From positions 287,440 to 351,439 of the forward strand of contig NW_008246097.1 in the NCBI RefSeq assembly GCF_000281045.1: a stretch of 64,000 bases of DNA, read 5' to 3'. Shown piece after piece: positions 22,928-34,893 of this stretch (position 1 is the first letter of the stretch; each line of letters starts with the position of its first letter). Made by a program: the position numbers and the translations under genes. This DNA comes from Saprolegnia diclina VS20. Taxonomy: Eukaryota. Under the pieces are notes generated by a model. That model was not told where the DNA came from and searched no databases. It saw only the letters and a program-made list of their open reading frames with translations.

Positions 22928-24265
22928 ATGGTCCGTATCCTCGCCGCCGCTGCCATGGCCGCTACCGTCGCCGCCCAGACGACGCCCGCGCCGACGCCGT
23001 CGGTGTCCAACCCCGCGTGGACGATGAAGGCGATCACGTCGATCCAGGCGCGCGTCCAGTCGGACCCGGCGACGTGGGATGAGGCCAACCAGAAGTTTGG
23101 CCTCGTCCTCAAGAAGAACACCAACACGTTCCCGGAAAAGTACCGCGCCGCCATGGACACGGTCAACACGGCGTCGCCCGAGGGCGCGCTCATGTACGTG
23201 CAGACGGAAGGTATCAACAAGCAGTTTGACGTCGGCTGCGGCCGCAAGACCAACATGAGCTACATCTGGTTCATGAACGTGACCATTGTCCAGCCGACGT
23301 GGGCGATCGCCGAGACGCAGGACGACAACTCGGTCGTGCCCGAGTACGGTCACTTTGTCGCGATGGACAACGGCTACTGCACGCCCAAGGACGCCAAGGG
23401 GACGCTCTCGCCGTACTGCCTCAACTTTGGCGGCCTCCAGAACACGGCCAACATTGGCCCGTACATTGGCGGTGAGACGCGCGGTACGCACGACTATGGC
23501 AGCTACCCGGACAACGTCTGGTTCTCGTTCCCCAACTCGTGCTACACCAAGACCTTCGACCAAAAGGACGACACGTGCCGCAAGGCGCAGAAGGGCGGTC
23601 TCTGCCCCATTGGCACGCAGCCCGATGGTGTCACGTGCACGTACTCGTACGAAGTGCTCGGTTACCTCTTCATTGACGACCTCGTCGGCATCACCAACAT
23701 GACGAACTCGCAGACGAACCAGCCGTACAAGAACCGCGTCGAGTTTTGCAAGGACTCCAAGACCGAGTACGACTTCCTCGCCACGGGCACGAAGAAGTCG
23801 GACTTGACGTTCTGGAACGACCCGCTCAACATGACAGCCAACCAGGAGCGCACGCAGAAGATGCTCGACTTCTACAACAACCTCCTCGACTCGGGCAAGG
23901 GCGACGCCAAGAACATGAAGCCCCTCCCCAAGGCCTCGGACCTCACGAAGCTCAACCCGCCTTGCTACGTCAACAGCCCGCTCTGCGCCAAGGCGACCTT
24001 TGGCTGCCGCCGCAAGCTCATGGCGCAGATCTGCGAAGTGTGCAAAACGGCGGCGTCCGACTGTGTGGTCATGCCGGCCAACGCCCCGAACGCTGTCCCG
24101 CTCACGCTCAAGAAGCAGTACACTCCGCCTGCCCCGACGGATGCCAGTGGCAAGACCTTGGCCCCCGGCACTGGTGGCAACGGCAACGGCGGCACCTCCA
24201 GCTCTGCCGCCTCGCTCGCACTCTCGGGTGCGGCCCTTGTCGGTGCGGTCGCGATGATGATGTAA
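22928..24265 (+). CDS. Secreted Cys-rich protein with Gly/Ser/Thr linker and hydrophobic C-terminus (putative GPI anchor); paralog 1
   Basis: 445-aa intronless ORF with a signal peptide, strong codon bias and a C-terminal SSAASLALSGAALVGAVAMMM. Confidence 0.85.
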   Translation: MVRILAAAAMAATVAAQTTPAPTPSVSNPAWTMKAITSIQARVQSDPATWDEANQKFGLVLKKNTNTFPEKYRAAMDTVNTASPEGALMYVQTEGINKQFDVGCGRKTNMSYIWFMNVTIVQPTWAIAETQDDNSVVPEYGHFVAMDNGYCTPKDAKGTLSPYCLNFGGLQNTANIGPYIGGETRGTHDYGSYPDNVWFSFPNSCYTKTFDQKDDTCRKAQKGGLCPIGTQPDGVTCTYSYEVLGYLFIDDLVGITNMTNSQTNQPYKNRVEFCKDSKTEYDFLATGTKKSDLTFWNDPLNMTANQERTQKMLDFYNNLLDSGKGDAKNMKPLPKASDLTKLNPPCYVNSPLCAKATFGCRRKLMAQICEVCKTAASDCVVMPANAPNAVPLTLKKQYTPPAPTDASGKTLAPGTGGNGNGGTSSSAASLALSGAALVGAVAMMM

Positions 24266-24796
24266 ACAACTAAACTTTGATAATACGTATTCGTCTTGAC
24301 CCAAACTGCTCTCTTCATTGCTGCTGCTTTAGCTCTACGTCGTGAATACAGTGGAGAGACTTGGGCTCTGTTCAAACTGGCGCTGCTGCTGAACGTCAGA
24401 ACAGAATGCACCGGCTAACGTTCACATAACAAGACCAGACTGAGAAGCTTTGCTTCCGAGTGGGCGGCAACCGTCAGGCAGCTGGCGTCGGTTGGCGATC
24501 TTGCGTCCAAGCTTCTTCCATGGCTTTCTGCAATCGTCATGCGTCTGGTCAAGCAACTTCAACATCCGATTCCAGAGGTTTTTGGCAGGTATATTGTGGA
24601 TTTTAATCCGTTTCTTCGACAATTTACTGCGTTCAATTATTCCTTGTCGCAATATATGCATTGTCAAAGGTTTTATCGGCATACAAACGTCAAGATACGC
24701 GATCTCATCTGACGTGGCCCTTGCACAGCGAATGTTCGAAGCTTGTGAAACGACACCGCCCGGGCTGTTCATTTTGCATATTTGGCCAGCTCGAGC

Positions 24797-26056
24797 ATGA
24801 AGACGACGTTGGGCCTCCTCGCCACGAGCCTCCTTGGCGCCGCGTATGGCCAAAGCGACTGGACCATGACGTCCGTGCGCTCGATCCAAGCCCGCGTCGT
24901 CTCGATCGTGCCGGTCTGGGACGAGACCAACCAGGCGTGGGTCTCGGCAAAGTACAACACCGACATCAAGACGTTCGCCGATCAATATCGCGCGACGCTC
25001 GACACGGTCAACACGGCGTCGGTCGAAGGCGCGCTCATGTACGTGCAGTCGGAAGGCATCGACCAGGGCATCGTGCCCGGCTGCCTCCGGAAGACCAACA
25101 TGAGCTACGTGTGGTTCTTTGACCTGCACATTGTGCAGCCGACGTATGCGATCGCGCAGTATGGGACCGACACGTCCATATACCCTGAGTACTGCCCGTT
25201 CTTGGCGATGGACAATGGCATGTGCACGCCGACGTCCGGCACAACACTGCCCAAGGCGTGTCTCCAGCTCTTTGGCGGCAACGGCCAGCCCAACATTGGG
25301 CCGTGCATTGGCGGCGAAAACCGCATCGACAACCCGAAAGCGCCGTACCCTGACAACGTCTGGTTTTCGTTTCCCGGCAGCTGCATGACGCAGTCGTTCA
25401 CGGCCAAGACCGACGCGTGCCGCGCGATCCAGAAAGGCGGCGAGTGCCCCTTTGGTGTCCTTCCCGACGGCGTCAAGTGCACGTATTCGCACTCGGTCCT
25501 GGGCTACATCAGCCTCGACGATCTTGTCGGCATCACGAGCCTCACCAACCCGCAGACCGGCAAGCCGTACACGAGTCGGAATGAGTTTTGTCTCGCGGGC
25601 GAGGTCGAGTACAACTCGGTGAGCGGCAAGCACCTTCCGTTCTGGAGCGACCTCTTGGACCCAAGCGCCAACTCGGCCCGCAGCCAGGCCATGATCGACC
25701 TCTACGCCTCCGTGGTCGCGGACCCGGTGAAGGGCGCCAACATGAAGCCGCTGCCCTCCATTGCGTCGCTCCAGTCGGCCAACCCGCCGTGCTACCTCAA
25801 CAACCCGCGCTGTTCGTCGGCGCAATATGGCTGCCGTCGCCGCCTCCTCGCCCAAGTGTGCACGGTGTGCACAGCGCCTGCCGCCGACTGCGTCGTGCGC
25901 CCCGTTGGCGTCGCGCCCTTTCCGACGCTGCAAAAGGCGACAAGTACCGCAGCTGGGTCGGCCACCGGCGGCGTGGGCGACGGCAACGCCGCGTCGACAA
26001 CGTCCCTCGCCGCGTCCGTCGGCATCCTCTCGCTTCTCGCCCTCGTGCGCTACTAG
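24797..26056 (+). CDS. Tandem paralog 2 of the secreted Cys-rich, putatively GPI-anchored protein
   Basis: Shares DTVNTAS.EGALMYVQ.EGI, RKTNMSY.WF, AMDNG.CTP, YPDNVWFSFP.SC, NPPCY.N.P.C and GCRR.L.AQ.C with paralog 1. Inr/FPR-like TCATTTTGCATATTT at 24769. Confidence 0.85.
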   Translation: MKTTLGLLATSLLGAAYGQSDWTMTSVRSIQARVVSIVPVWDETNQAWVSAKYNTDIKTFADQYRATLDTVNTASVEGALMYVQSEGIDQGIVPGCLRKTNMSYVWFFDLHIVQPTYAIAQYGTDTSIYPEYCPFLAMDNGMCTPTSGTTLPKACLQLFGGNGQPNIGPCIGGENRIDNPKAPYPDNVWFSFPGSCMTQSFTAKTDACRAIQKGGECPFGVLPDGVKCTYSHSVLGYISLDDLVGITSLTNPQTGKPYTSRNEFCLAGEVEYNSVSGKHLPFWSDLLDPSANSARSQAMIDLYASVVADPVKGANMKPLPSIASLQSANPPCYLNNPRCSSAQYGCRRRLLAQVCTVCTAPAADCVVRPVGVAPFPTLQKATSTAAGSATGGVGDGNAASTTSLAASVGILSLLALVRY

Positions 26057-26107
26057 GCGGCTGCATTTTCTTGATTTCGCATAAATAATTCATCAACGTC
26101 GACTTGA

Positions 26108-27714
26108 CTACGGCTCGCTGCTGTCGTGAGGTCGCGGCGACTCAAACTCAAACCCGCTTTGAATTGTGGGCAAGATCGGGAGCGTCTTGAGCGTCGATCG
26201 TCGGTGCTTCTTCTGCGGCGTGAGCACCTTCTCGAGCTCGTCGGGCTTGTCGTCGACTTGCTTGAGCACCAAGTCGAGGGCTTGGGTCGCTTGCTCCCGA
26301 TGGAGAAAATTCGCCCAGTCGGACCCGAGCGGGTCGACCTGGAAATGCGGGAGGACGTCGGTCACGAGGCCCCGCAGGAGCTCTTGGCGCAGCGGCACAA
26401 ACCAGATGCGCTCGACGTCTTGGTCAGCCACGTCGACGTGGTACTTGCGATTGGCTTCAAACAAGCCAAAGTAGAGGTCCTTGAGACGAGCGCTCATGCG
26501 CCGCAGCGGCAACGGCGCGTCGTGGCGCAAATACCGGCGGTACAAGAACCGGGGGTCGCTCTCGTCGCTCACGTCCTCCCTAGTTCGCTTCTATCAGATC
26601 TGATATCTCAGAACAGACACTATACTGGTAATGAACAGTCGCTCGCCACACGACGAGTTGGTCGTAGACACATTCTTGCCGACAGAACGCACTGAACGCC
26701 GCGTAGCCCGCCGACGTGAGCAAATACGTCTCCAGAAGCTTCTCCGAGCCATTGAGCCGGGCGAGCGACGTGTGCCGCTTTTCCTTGAAGCTGAGCAAGA
26801 GCGGCCGCAGGATGTACACGAAGACGATCGACTGCACCCCGATTGCCGAGAGTGCCGGGTCGAGCTTGTAGTTGACAACAACGTCGCTGTCGCGGAAGAC
26901 AAAGAGGCAGATCGAGCCGATGAAGCACACGCACCACACCTTGTGGGCGTGCATGTACGAGGCCCGCAGCCCAAAGTTGTCGACCAAATTGCTCACAAAG
27001 TACGTGGCGATGCCGCCGAGGCAGAGAAGAATGCCGAGCTGCACGAGGCCCAAGGCTTTCGTGGCGGCCAGCGGCAACGCGGGGCACTCGACGACCGTCG
27101 AATTCGCCAACGTATCTGCAAACGAGTGGAGCAAGAGCACTGACGGCGCGCTCCAGAGGCCGTGGCCGAAGACCCAGAGGACTAGCATCCGTGGTGGAAC
27201 TCGATCACTATCCATGGATGACGTACCCGTGAGCGTGCGCGACTGGAGGGCGATGTGGAGAAGCCGCGCTTTTCGGTCGCGCTGGGGCGTATGACCCTCC
27301 GTGTGGATTTGAACAAGAAGCTCCGTGAGGTAAAAGGTAGCGACGACCGCCACCTCGGAGAGGAAGACGCTAAAGGTCGTGAAGTGGAAGAGCCCGTTGA
27401 CGAGACTCAAGTACGCCCCGCAGTCGATGGTCGACCCAAGCAAGACAAAGAGCAAATCAATGTAGCAGTAGATCGTCGCCATGACGCCACATATCTGAGC
27501 AGGTTCGTTCGAGTCGTTGTAGGAAGGACACACGTACCGTCATTTGAATGGGATTTCGATACCGAATCGAGGGCAAGTCGCGCCGCGCATAGAAGAGTCC
27601 GATCGTGAGTGGCATGTAGATCATAAAGATGAGGAGGAAGCCGAGGAGGTAGTCGGAGGCCGATGGACTCCACGACGCAGACGGCGTCACTGTGTTGCCC
27701 GACCCGACCGGCAT
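26108..27714 (-). CDS. Seven-TM protein with C-terminal RGS-like domain, copy 1 (introns 27495-27537, 26580-26625)
   Basis: About seven hydrophobic segments, RRDLPSIRYRNP after TM1 and VDNFGLR before TM6, followed by RGS-like LLETYLLTSAGYAAFSAFCRQE...LYRRYL...LVTDVLPHF. Confidence 0.72.
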
Positions 27715-28013
27715 CGAGACCAAGTGCAACGTGGGCAATCTGCTGTCTATTTATAGACCGGCGATCTGAGTGGCGCACTTCAGATGCGCGAACTTGCGCA
27801 CAAGCGCATGTGACGCTCGCTCCACGTCGCCGGCATGCACCAAGTCGATAGGTTTTGCGCCACAGTCATCTCGTACAAGTATATTCCATTGCAATTCAAA
27901 TGGTGGCATTGGTGTGCTCTCCAGCCTCCCGGAACTCGGCGAACTTGAAGTTCGCGCGGGCTTTAAACTTGGCGCCAAAAAGGGCGGCGTCTATTTTTGG
28001 TATTGATAACAGC

Positions 28014-29559
28014 ATGGATACGAACGGGTCCGCGTCGACGCCGAATGCGACGATCTCGTTCGGTCCGTTCGCCTCGAGCAGCTACAACATGCCCCTCGGC
28101 GTGGTTTACCTGCACTTTCTTGCCGGTCTGTACATCCCCGTCTTCCTCGTCCTCTTTGTCCGGCGCCGCAAATTCCCGTCCGTGCGCCAGACCAACCCCG
28201 CCCACGTGGTCGTCATCAGCACGTTCGGCGGCATCTACTGCCTTGGCACAGCCGGCGCGCTCCTCGTCTACGACGTGTGGCCCATCTCGATTGGTGCATA
28301 CGCGCTCGTGACTACCGCGAGCTTTCTCTGGACGATGTTTGCCGCCTTCTCGTCCGATGTCGTTCTCGTCTGCACCTACTTTCAGACAAAGTGGACGGTC
28401 GATGTACACGCCAGCATGAAAACAGGCGTGCCGTCGCACCTCCTCGTCGCGCGGTGCAAGCTCCTTCAGCGCGTCTTGGCTCCCCGTCCGCTCCTCGCTG
28501 GGTCGATTGTGCTGCACGTTGTATGGACGCTGCCGTTCGTGCTGCACGTACTACTCTCGGCCGACATGTCATTCTGGTGCATTGAGACATCCTGGTCGAC
28601 CCCACTGGCGGCGGAACTCGTTCACGTCACCGTGCTCCAGTGCGCGTGTTTACTTGCTGGCACGACGTTCCTTGGGTATCTCCTCGGCAGAGTCAACGAA
28701 GCGTTCGCACTGCGGCGCGTCTACGTCTCCGCCGCCCGCGGGATCGCCGCGTGCTTTATCGGGTACCTCGTGACGATCGTCGTCGTGCCGGCGACAAAGC
28801 CGACACTGCGCACAACGATTGCGTCCAGCATTACGCACGTGGCCGTCCACGTTGTCGTTGTGCCGCTGCTCGTGCGACCTGTGCTACAGAGTCGACACGA
28901 AGCGTGCTTGGCGCTCTCGTCCGCACACTTCATGGAAAAAGAGTCGTGGGAAGCGATCAACGCCGATTTACTGACGCTCTTCCTCGCCACCCCGGACGGG
29001 GCCGCCACATACCTAGCGTTCACGCAAGTCCAGCTTCTCCCGGTGGCGTGGCTTCTTGCGTACCGCGATATCAAGTCCCGTTTGGCGACACCCCAAGCGC
29101 TCTACAACACATACCTCCAGAGTGACTCGGTGCTCTGCATGCGCGCCTTTGTGCCCGAAGCCATTCGCGGCGAGCTCGATATTACGTTTGCCCGCAACGT
29201 CATCTCCTCGAAAAGCGACGACCTCTACGTCATGTACGACCCGCTCGTGACGCGACTGCTCCGGGCGCTTGTGCTGCACACGCTGCCGCAGCTGCTTCAC
29301 CATCCCCTCGGCCACGTATGGCATGTGTTTGTAGAGACGTACGGCGGGCAGTACAGCGCCGACGACCTTCTACTCAACGGAGCCGGGCACCTTGGGCCGT
29401 TTGGGGTGCGCCGCCCGCTCGGCACCATCCACAGCCAAGGTACGTTTTCTCGGCTCGTGACAAGAGCTCATGCGCTGGGTAGCGACGTATGTCTCCTCAC
29501 GCTTCTCGACGCGCCACCAGTCGCGCTACTCGTCGTCCCGCGTCTCCATGTCCAACTAA
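28014..29559 (+). CDS. Seven-TM protein with C-terminal RGS-like domain, copy 2 (probable terminal intron near 29440-29482)
   Basis: Seven hydrophobic segments, RRRKFPSVRQTNP and VNEAFALR, followed by LLTLFLATPDGAATYLAF...LYNTYL...LVLHTLPQL; same layout as copy 1. Confidence 0.7.
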
Positions 29560-29605
29560 CGACAATGGAAATGCGATGGATTAGAGTTGTTGATGTCCGA
29601 GGCTC

Positions 29606-29888
29606 CTAGCCGCGCCAGACGCGCCGGACCACGTTGTTTTCCGTGTCAAAGTTGAGGCGGTGCGGGTGAAAGTCGCGCGTCGCACGCCCGTTGACGCAAA
29701 TCTACGCAGCACGTCAAGCCTGGAGATACATGGCCGCGTACGCGATAGGGCGAGTACGATATATCGTCTTCGAAGACGCAGGCCGCGTCATCGCCGTCGT
29801 GCGCACTGGTCGACTTGGGCACGAGCGTCTTGCCGATCCACGCCTCGTAGTGGTCGAGGACCTCGGCCGGGACTTCGTCGAACGCCAT
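29606..29888 (-). CDS. Small peptidase inhibitor, I78/potato-inhibitor-I-like (intron 29702-29741)
   Basis: The spliced product MAFDEV...WIGK...PYR|ICVNGRATRDFHPHRLNFDTENNVVRRVWRG* fits the R....T.D(F/Y).P.RLN....G pattern. Confidence 0.7.
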
Positions 29889-30007
29889 GGCAACGGATAC
29901 AATCCGGAAATGGTATTTCTGTTGAGATTTGCGGCATGTGCCACATTGCCGAGTGGTTATTTTCGGCACCTTGAAGTTGAGATGCGGTGAGCGGCCAAGG
30001 AGCCACA

Positions 30008-30335
30008 GCTTGTTGGCAATCTTGGACGTTTTTTAGGGGTCTCATGTTTCGTTCGGTATGCATAGCGCATGACACAGGGAGCCCAAAACCCAAAGAATGG
30101 TGGTCGTAGCGTGTATATAGCCTGATCTATGCTCCATTCAAGATGGTGAAACTGATACTAATGTAGTATCAATGTATCGATGTATCAGTTGACGGCCGTA
30201 TTGCAATAGCAACTAACTCTGGCTCCAGGCACGCTACGAGCACCATTTTTGGGGTTTTGGGCTCCCTGCGTCATGCGCTATGCCTCCCGAACGAAACATG
30301 AGACTCCTGGAAAACTTCCAAGATTGCCAACAAGC
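30008..30335. repeat. 106-bp inverted repeats (30008-30113, 30230-30335) around a 116-bp spacer; MITE/foldback-like or adjacent transposon ends
   Basis: The arms align ungapped with 10 mismatches by eye; the inner ends are ...TCGTAGCGTG and CACGCTACGA... Confidence 0.85.
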
Positions 30336-31080
30336 CGCCGCACAGCGGCGCCGTTCCAATTTCATCCGGATAAAATCTGCCCCACCATGGCCAGCTCCCA
30401 GCAATGGGACGTGATGCCCGTGGCTGCGAGTAATACCTCCTCGTGTGCAAATACCCACAAAGAACAGTGATTCCTTTGCGATTGAGTGCTGATGGTTCCC
30501 GTCTTGACGTTCTCGACGGTGAACGGGTCCGGTTGCAACAAAATGGCACGAACGCACTCGAAGCCGTCGAAAAGTCCCTTTGTTGACTGTCACAATGTCC
30601 TTGAGGACAATCTCGTTGATCTTGATCTTGGGCAAAGCTCTTGGAACGTCCCCGAGATGTTGAGCGACTAGGCGACGATCTCGGCTTCTTCACACTGTCA
30701 GGCACAGCGATACCGACGAGGACGGTGTGGAGCGAGTTGCCATACCACTCGAGTCCAGCGGGCTAGATAGATTTGACACGTGTATTTGCGCTCACTACGG
30801 GAGAGTTGGCAGAACTTTGTCGAGCTGACGTGGTATTGTCGTCGGGTGGCCAGGTCACGCTGCCTAACAACTTTGGTCTTCGTTTTCCATCGCGCGGTCG
30901 CCAACCCGAGCGCTCGCAGAGGCACAGTGTCCTAGCACGCGTAGTCGTCGCTCGAAACACGCTGCAAACGCCGATTAGCAGTTGATATCGACAGCCTCCT
31001 GCACTAAAAAAAACCCAACTTTTCTAGGAAACGATCACGAATTTCACAGCGAATAAGTTAGAGTCTTTGGTCAAATGGGA

Positions 31081-34000
31081 CTAGGACGGGACATTGGAGC
31101 TGTCGGGGGCGCGGGTTCGAACGGGCACGACGCCGCGTATGCGGCAGACGTCCATTTCGTGGCAAATGTCGGACGGGCGCGGGCTGAACGTCGTCACGTA
31201 CGCTTTCGCTGCAAAGACGCCAAAGAGACAGAGCGCGCACGCCAGCACCGCCAAGAGGCCGTTGGTTAAATTCGGCACAAGCCACACGACGCCGTAAAAA
31301 TTGGCGCCAAACGACACGAGGCTGGAAAAGACGTATGCCGAGCTTACGTACAAGAAGAAGCTGAAGACAAAGCCGCCGAGCGTACCCCAAAACCAGCACT
31401 TGACTTCGAGTGCGAGTCTACGTAAGCAACTTGAGACATGGAGCATTTGAGGTTTCGCTGGGACGTACCGAAGGTTGGCGATGAGCACCACGATACCGTT
31501 CATGACAAAGCCAAGGTCCCAGAGTCCTTCGTCCCCGCTTGACGCGGCCATGGGGCCATACATGAACGCGCCGACGTGCACGAAGAGCACAACGAGCGAC
31601 GAGAAGGACGCATCGCCGATCCATATCCAGAAGAGCCGAATGCTCACGAAGGACTGACTCGAGTAGAGCGTGGGGAAGGCGAGGGACGTGCCCGCGCTCA
31701 CGTCTTGGTCGTACACGCTAAAGAGCAGGATCGGAAGCGCCGTGTACCACACGTTGAAGAGCTGGTAGAGCGGGTCGTAGTACGTCGATTGGCCCGAGAA
31801 GAGACAGTAGATGCCAAAGAAGAACTGCGGCAAGACGAGCAGCACGTTTTTGTAAAACATGTAGAGCGTCAGAATCGCCATGCGCCGGTTGATCCAGCGG
31901 CCGTGGACGAGGAGGAGGCGCTTGAGGCACTGGAACTGAGGAATCGCATAGTCGCTGGCGTTGGCCGCCTGCTGGCCTTCGGCGCCCGAGATACCAATGC
32001 CAACATGCGCCTACAACATTAGAGTGTAGTCAAGCAAGAATGTAGTGTGATGCGAGGACCGACCCGCTGGATCATGGGCACATCGTTTGCACCGTCGCCG
32101 ATCGCGAGTGTGATGACGCCCGTCTTGCGCCGGACCAGATCGACAATGAACTCCTTTTGCTTGGGCGAGACGCGGCAGCAGAGCACGCTGATGCAGCGCT
32201 TGGAGGCGGCGATCATTTCTTTTTGCAGCACTTCGTGGGCAACGATGAGCTCGAGCGCCACGTCGTCCATGAGCAGCGCGAGCTCCTGCGACGAGGCCGC
32301 CGCTAGCATGCTCTGAAACAAGTCGCTGATCGTTTCGGTCGGCGGCCGCTCGGACGCATCGAGCTCTACACATTGTCATACTCCTTTCGAAAACCATAAG
32401 AGCACCTTTCGAAGAGATTTGAAAGAGCTTCATATCGGACGAAAGTAGCCGGGTTGCATGCCCAATGTTGACGGCCGTGTCCGGTCGGTCCCCCGTGAGC
32501 ATCCACACTTTGATGCGCGCTTGGCGAAAGCACTCGAGCGCGTCGGGCACACCGTCCTGCAGCCGGTCTTCGATGCCTACATTCATCCTACAATAGATGT
32601 CCTTCGTGGCGGGAGTGTCTTACCGGTGATGCCCACCAGATCCAAATTGGTTTCAATCTCGGCGATGATCGGGTCGAGGTCTTCGTCCGAACACTCGGAC
32701 GACGTCTTGGCCGCTTGGAACTTGTCGTGCCAAATCTGGTACACGTCCTGGGGCAGCACTCGCTGCGCAACACAGAGCACGCGGAGGCCCTCAACGGCGT
32801 AGGTCGAGAGGTGCAACTTCATCGCTGCCCGCGCGCTCTCTTCAACGGCGGACGCGGGCGACAGCGCGGGAAGCACGACCGAGTCGGCGCCTTTGCACAG
32901 CAAAAGAAGCGTCGACGACCCCTCTTCGCGCACGACGATCGAGCTCTTCTTGCGCTCGCTCGAAAACTCAAACACGTGGAGCACCTCAAAGAGCACGTCG
33001 TGGCCAAAGCGCTGGATGCGGACGCTTGTCGTATCGTGGGCCAGAAGCACGATGCCAAAGTGCTTGGCGGCGCTCACGAGCGCCTCTTCGTCGGGCGAGA
33101 TGGACGAGTAGACAATTTCACCGGACGCAGCGTCGATCACGGGCACGACAGCGCTGTTGACGGCCAGGTTTGTGAAGAATGCGATCGCGCGTGGGTCGTG
33201 CTCCTCTTGCATCTAATGTTCGTATTAGATATTGCATATTGATACATTGAAATAAAGCATCCGGATACCTTGCGCCGGAGTGCCTTGTCGTGGATGTTGA
33301 CGTGCATGCCCGACTGGCGCGGCGAGATCTCGTCAGAAAGTGTTGGCTGCGCTTTGGTGCGGTAGTTGTGGAAGAGAGACGACGTGCGAGGGCTCGGTTT
33401 GGCGCACGAGCTGGTGCGCGGCGAGAGAGAAGCGTCCAGCTGCGGGTCGTTGGAGCCGTAGCTAACACCATCGATCGCGCACCGGCGAAACTGCATGTTG
33501 TTGCACGTGAGCGTCCCTGTCTTGTCGGTAAAGATATGTTGGATCGCGCCAAGATCTTCGTTCAAGTCGGACGAGTGGACCTACGATGTTGGCGTTGACA
33601 TCGTTGAAGACAAAATGGCGGAAGTACCGTGAGACCCACGTCGCCATACATCATGCCGGCGTCACGCTGCAGCACGAGCGCTTGGAAGAAGCGCGTGATA
33701 TCGACCGTCACTTGAAGCGAAATCGGCACAAAGTTGGAGAAGAGCAGCATGTAGGTCAGGAAGAGGTAAAACGAGTCGAGCACCGACGTGCCGCCCGAGA
33801 GCTGCAGATACGGTGGCGACGTCCACGTCGCGCTCTGCACGCACACAGCGATGACTAAGAGCACGAGCTGCAAAACGACGATGTGCAGCGTCATGCGGTT
33901 CGTCAGCGACGAGAGCGTGCTCGACTTGAACGGTGTTTCCCCTGAGTTTTGCTGGATCTTGGTGTCGGCGCCCGTGTAAATCTAAGTGCGATAAGCGAGC

Positions 34001-34893
34001 GCAGGTGTCGAATCATATCGCACCGTGAGACCGATAACCCACTCCGTATCACGTAGCAAGACGCCGCGAAGAAGGAGGTTGGAGATGCCGAGGCTAATCT
34101 TGGCATCGGTGGCTTTCGGCATCACCGTGCCCTTGAAGCGGTCGAGACGTCGATTCGGAACTTCAACTTCAACTTTGGCGCCATGGATCTACCCCACATA
34201 ATGACAACCATAGAGTGTACTGTACGCCAGTACGAGATGCCAGAGCGCTGGTGTCGACGGCGAGGGGCCGCAAAGATCTTTCTCAAGGCCCCTGAACTCG
34301 GGGGGGACCCAGCGTATCTTGAGGTTTGTCTCGCCGTCCAAATTGGCAGTCATCGTAAAGCACTGTCCAATCGGGCTGCTCGTGCCCAGGAGAATCATAT
34401 CGGACGGAATCACTTCGCCTTGGGTAACGCGCACGATGCTGCCGACGCGAATGGCCTCCCACTTGACCGCTTCAAACGTCATCGAGACAACGTTGAGCTA
34501 CATCCGAGGTAGCATCAGAATCGACCGAGCTATAAACGCCCGTACTTCGTGCGTCATGGAGCTGTTCTGGATGCGGTCGGCGTTGTGGCGGTGGACATCT
34601 TCAATCAGATCTTTGATCGCGTTGATGATAAGCACAAAGAGGAGCGGCACGATGGTCGTGGGGATGCCGCTTGAGAGTGTGACCTGCGGCACGATCTGGA
34701 GGATCGTAATGAAGAGAAAGTAGAGGTTAGCAAAGCGTGAAAACTGCTTGAAGAGGTTCTTGACCACAAAGTTGTACGGCGTGTAAAGCGATGTCTCGAC
34801 GCGATTCGGCGCAAACGGCTCGGTGGTTGCGGAGAGCGCGCGGGGCGCGTCGACGTCAAAGGCGCGCAGCGCGTGGATCTGCCGGCCGCTCAT
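31081..34893 (-). CDS. P4-type ATPase (phospholipid flippase), multi-exon
   Basis: Shows [80 protein letters not shown] and [13 protein letters not shown]. Confidence 0.93.

Noticed and set aside
30340..31000. Short ORFs beside the 106-bp inverted repeat as a candidate transposase
   Set aside because: No DDE or other transposase motif is recognisable.
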